A stretch of 64,000 bases of DNA, the filler included, from Hyphochytrium catenoides (lineage: Eukaryota > Protista > Hyphochytriomycota), in the NCBI GenBank assembly GCA_900088475.1. It is 14 parts of 14 records of this genome, joined end to end, with 100 filler letters (N's around TTAATTAATTAA, not from the genome) between each part and the next. Parts side by side here need not be neighbours in the genome. Positions count along the whole stretch, not along the records: positions 62,994 to 64,000 come from FLMG01004344.1; 13 more parts are not named here. The stretch is one strand, 5' to 3'. Made by a program: the position numbers and the translations under genes. This document shows, piece by piece, positions 63,297 through 64,000 of this stretch; position 1 is the stretch's first letter; every line of letters starts with the position of its first letter. The notes under the pieces are model-generated. The model made no database searches. It was not told the DNA's origin and was given only the letters and a program-made list of their open reading frames with translations.

Positions 63297-63358
63297 CCAG
63301 GGATTTTCCCCCTCTGCGTCGTCCGCTGTACACTTTTTGGTTTCAGCGTCGATCACAG

Positions 63359-64000
63359 TTCAACATCTTTGCTCCCACCACCGGACAAATTGCAGGTCTC
63401 AAGACTATGCTGTCGGCTCGTTTCTCCATCACCGATCTAGGGGAGTTAGAATATTACTTGGGCATCCAAGTAAAGCGGGATCGAGCTGCTAGGAAGATTT
63501 AGCTTCGGCAGTCGAAGTATATTACCGAGATCTTGGAGCGCTTCAACCTACTTGATGCCTACCCCAATCCTATCCCAGCGATACCTAAGACGTACTTGCC
63601 CAAAGCTTCTACCATTCCTCTTTCTGATGATGGCGCTGACCGGTTGGCTCGCACCCCTTACCGTCAAGCAGTGGGTTCCTTGCTGTACGTCATGGTGTGC
63701 ACGCGGGGCCTGATATCGCTTATGCAGTACAAGCTGTGAGCCAACACGTCACTAACTTCCGCCACGTTCACTAAGAGGCTGTCAAACGTATCTTTACCTA
63801 CCTGAAGGCCACCCAAGACTACTCCTTGTGTCTAGGGGGAGATACCCCTCTTCAACTCTCTGTCCAGGCTGATGCTGATTGGGCTAGAGACCCAGCTGAC
63901 CGGAAGTCTATCACCGGCTATTTCTTGAGCCTCAACAGAGGTGCTTTTGCATGGTAGTCAAAGAAACAATCTCTCAGAGCGTCGTCAACCACGGAAGCGG
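63359..64000 (+). pseudogene. Ty1/Copia reverse transcriptase C-half plus RNase H start, with stops and a frameshift
   Basis: FSITDLGELEYYLGIQV, PYRQAVGSLLY, TR/PDIAYAV, AVKRIFTYLK, ADADWA..DRKSITGY, W*SKKQ..ASSTTEA. Confidence 0.95.

Larger units (their letters stand above)
63036..63357 (-). mobile_element. Putative 5' LTR (322 bp) containing a tRNA-like gene and its antisense copy
   Basis: Termini are TGT...ACA. The outer end lies at the breakpoint of the Copia RT frame and the inner end abuts a TGG PBS. It has an internal TATATAAA. The partner LTR is outside this scaffold. Confidence 0.7.

Overview
This is eukaryotic draft-assembly sequence, most likely a stramenopile given a Sig1/mastigoneme-type EGF protein. 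It is 14 unrelated scaffolds joined by 13 artificial 100-nt linkers (N-TTAATTAATTAA-N), so adjacency across a linker has no meaning. Most ORFs in the track are (GA)n/(CT)n microsatellite artefacts. Real spliced genes were read by hand: a TPR + EGLN/PHD-like oxygenase, a large EGF-repeat Sig1/Ocm1-like protein, a PP2C, an EF-hand protein, Got1, a BAR-domain protein, a mitochondrial carrier exon, NDUFV1 and an FMO first exon. There is also a Ulp1-like protease ORF and many nested, decayed Copia/Gypsy pieces. In most scaffolds introns are filled with (CT)n on the sense strand, while the NDUFV1 scaffold has short repeat-free introns. The best candidate for a new system is at 63022-63357 on the minus strand. 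It is a 322-bp TG...CA LTR that contains a tRNA-like gene, and the adjacent PBS matches that same RNA's 3' end plus a non-encoded CCA over 14 nt. The LTR also holds a 72-bp antisense copy of the RNA. Together these suggest a retrotransposon that makes its own primer tRNA. All calls were made by eye, without database searches.
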